Notes under the pieces: model-generated
Told to the model about the DNA's origin: nothing
The model's database searches: none
The model's input: the letters and a program-made list of their open reading frames with translations, nothing else
In this document: positions 23,709 through 24,000 of the stretch, in pieces
Layout of the letters: each line of letters starts with the position of its first letter
Numbering within the stretch: the stretch's first letter is position 1
Assembly: GCA_964578935.1 (NCBI GenBank)
Contig: CAZOEW010000018.1
Location: 6,340-30,339 of the forward strand
Direction: 5' to 3'
DNA length: 24,000 nt
DNA from: an uncultured Desulfobacterales bacterium
Lineage (GTDB): Bacteria > Desulfobacterota > Desulfobacteria > Desulfobacterales > SURF-7
Position numbers and translations under genes: made by a program

Positions 23709-23823
23709 GAAAGGAGATGGCAGTGTTACCGTTTTTCCGGATTATCCGGTATGGCAATAAGACAAGATCGTTTTGAAACGGTTTCGAAGGAAATACAATT
23801 AAACAGGTTAGGAGGATTAGGGT

Positions 23824-24000
23824 ATGGCTATCGAAGGTGCAGATATTGTAAAAGCAGCGGCATTTTTAGGTGCGGGAATTGCCATGGGGCTCGGTGCAAT
23901 CGGACCTGGTGTAGGTGAAGGAATGGCAGCCGCAAAGGCTTGCGAAGCCATCGGCAGAAATGCAAAAGAGGCGGGTCTTTTAACCAGGACCATGCTTGTG
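23824..24000 (+). CDS. atpE: F-type ATP synthase Fo subunit c, conventional single hairpin; the 3' end lies outside the window
   Basis: An SD (AGGAGGA, 23810-23816) precedes the ATG at 23824. The translation is MAIEGADIVKAAAFLGAGIAMGLGAIGPGVGEGMAAAKACEAIGRNAKEAGLLTRTMLV..., open to the window edge. This covers helix 1 and the loop of a c subunit, and helix 2 is cut off. Confidence 0.9.
   Translation, partial: MAIEGADIVKAAAFLGAGIAMGLGAIGPGVGEGMAAAKACEAIGRNAKEAGLLTRTMLV

Noticed and set aside
22748-23776. ORFs 22748-23035 (-), 23423-23620 (-) and 23516-23776 (+) overlapping the fused c gene
   Set aside because: They are shadow frames of a Gly/Ala-rich membrane-protein gene. Only the 22731-23708 frame gives four coherent c-subunit hairpins and translational coupling to atpB.
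21395-24000. Interpretation of the cluster as an N-ATPase (atpDCQRBEFAG) operon
   Set aside because: N-ATPase operons start with the beta and epsilon genes, and AtpQ/AtpR precede atpB. Here the upstream neighbour is a divergent MBL hydrolase with a promoter in between. The two small genes look like AtpZ and AtpI. The two-carboxylate motif alone is not diagnostic.

Overview
This window looks like a chromosomal, mostly housekeeping region. Gene content suggests an anaerobic, Desulfobacterota-like (deltaproteobacterial) genome: a multiheme cytochrome, a siroheme-branch enzyme, PilZ and CheX signalling proteins, and a split Fo operon. That taxonomic guess is inference only. I can support 26 protein-coding genes:

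- **1-1349:** a pentaheme c-type cytochrome, 5'-partial.
- **1383-6606:** cheX, a ChaN/Tiki-like protein, a decayed cNMP-binding gene remnant, a PilZ protein and an orphan atypical TRAP solute-binding protein.
- **6701-11666, minus strand:** hisI-hisG, then aminotransferase-engB-era-ATP-grasp.
- **11885-16185:** PBP1A, an alpha/beta hydrolase and a universal stress protein.
- **16188-19280, minus strand:** dksA, PHP (TrpH/YciV-like), rnc and a radical SAM gene.
- **19474-21042:** a precorrin-2 dehydrogenase/sirohydrochlorin ferrochelatase and an MBL-fold hydrolase.
- **21294-24000:** an ATP synthase Fo cluster, atpZ-atpI-atpB-(fused c)-atpE.

I saw no rRNA, tRNA, CRISPR array, transposase or integrase.

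The standout is the ORF at 22731-23708. It starts immediately after the atpB stop and encodes four tandem, diverged F-type c-subunit hairpins in one 325-aa polypeptide (about 8 TM helices). Three hairpins keep the ion-binding Glu and one has Gln instead. A conventional single-hairpin c gene follows at 23824. This suggests a hybrid, partly ion-site-depleted rotor ring beyond the known two-hairpin c1 of Acetobacterium woodii.

Secondary observations:
- a cNMP-binding gene interrupted by an in-frame stop and a frameshift;
- a TRAP binding protein that lacks dctQM neighbours and the conserved carboxylate-binding arginines;
- an ATP-grasp gene translationally coupled to era;
- candidate promoter and hairpin elements upstream of rnc, usp and the atp cluster.
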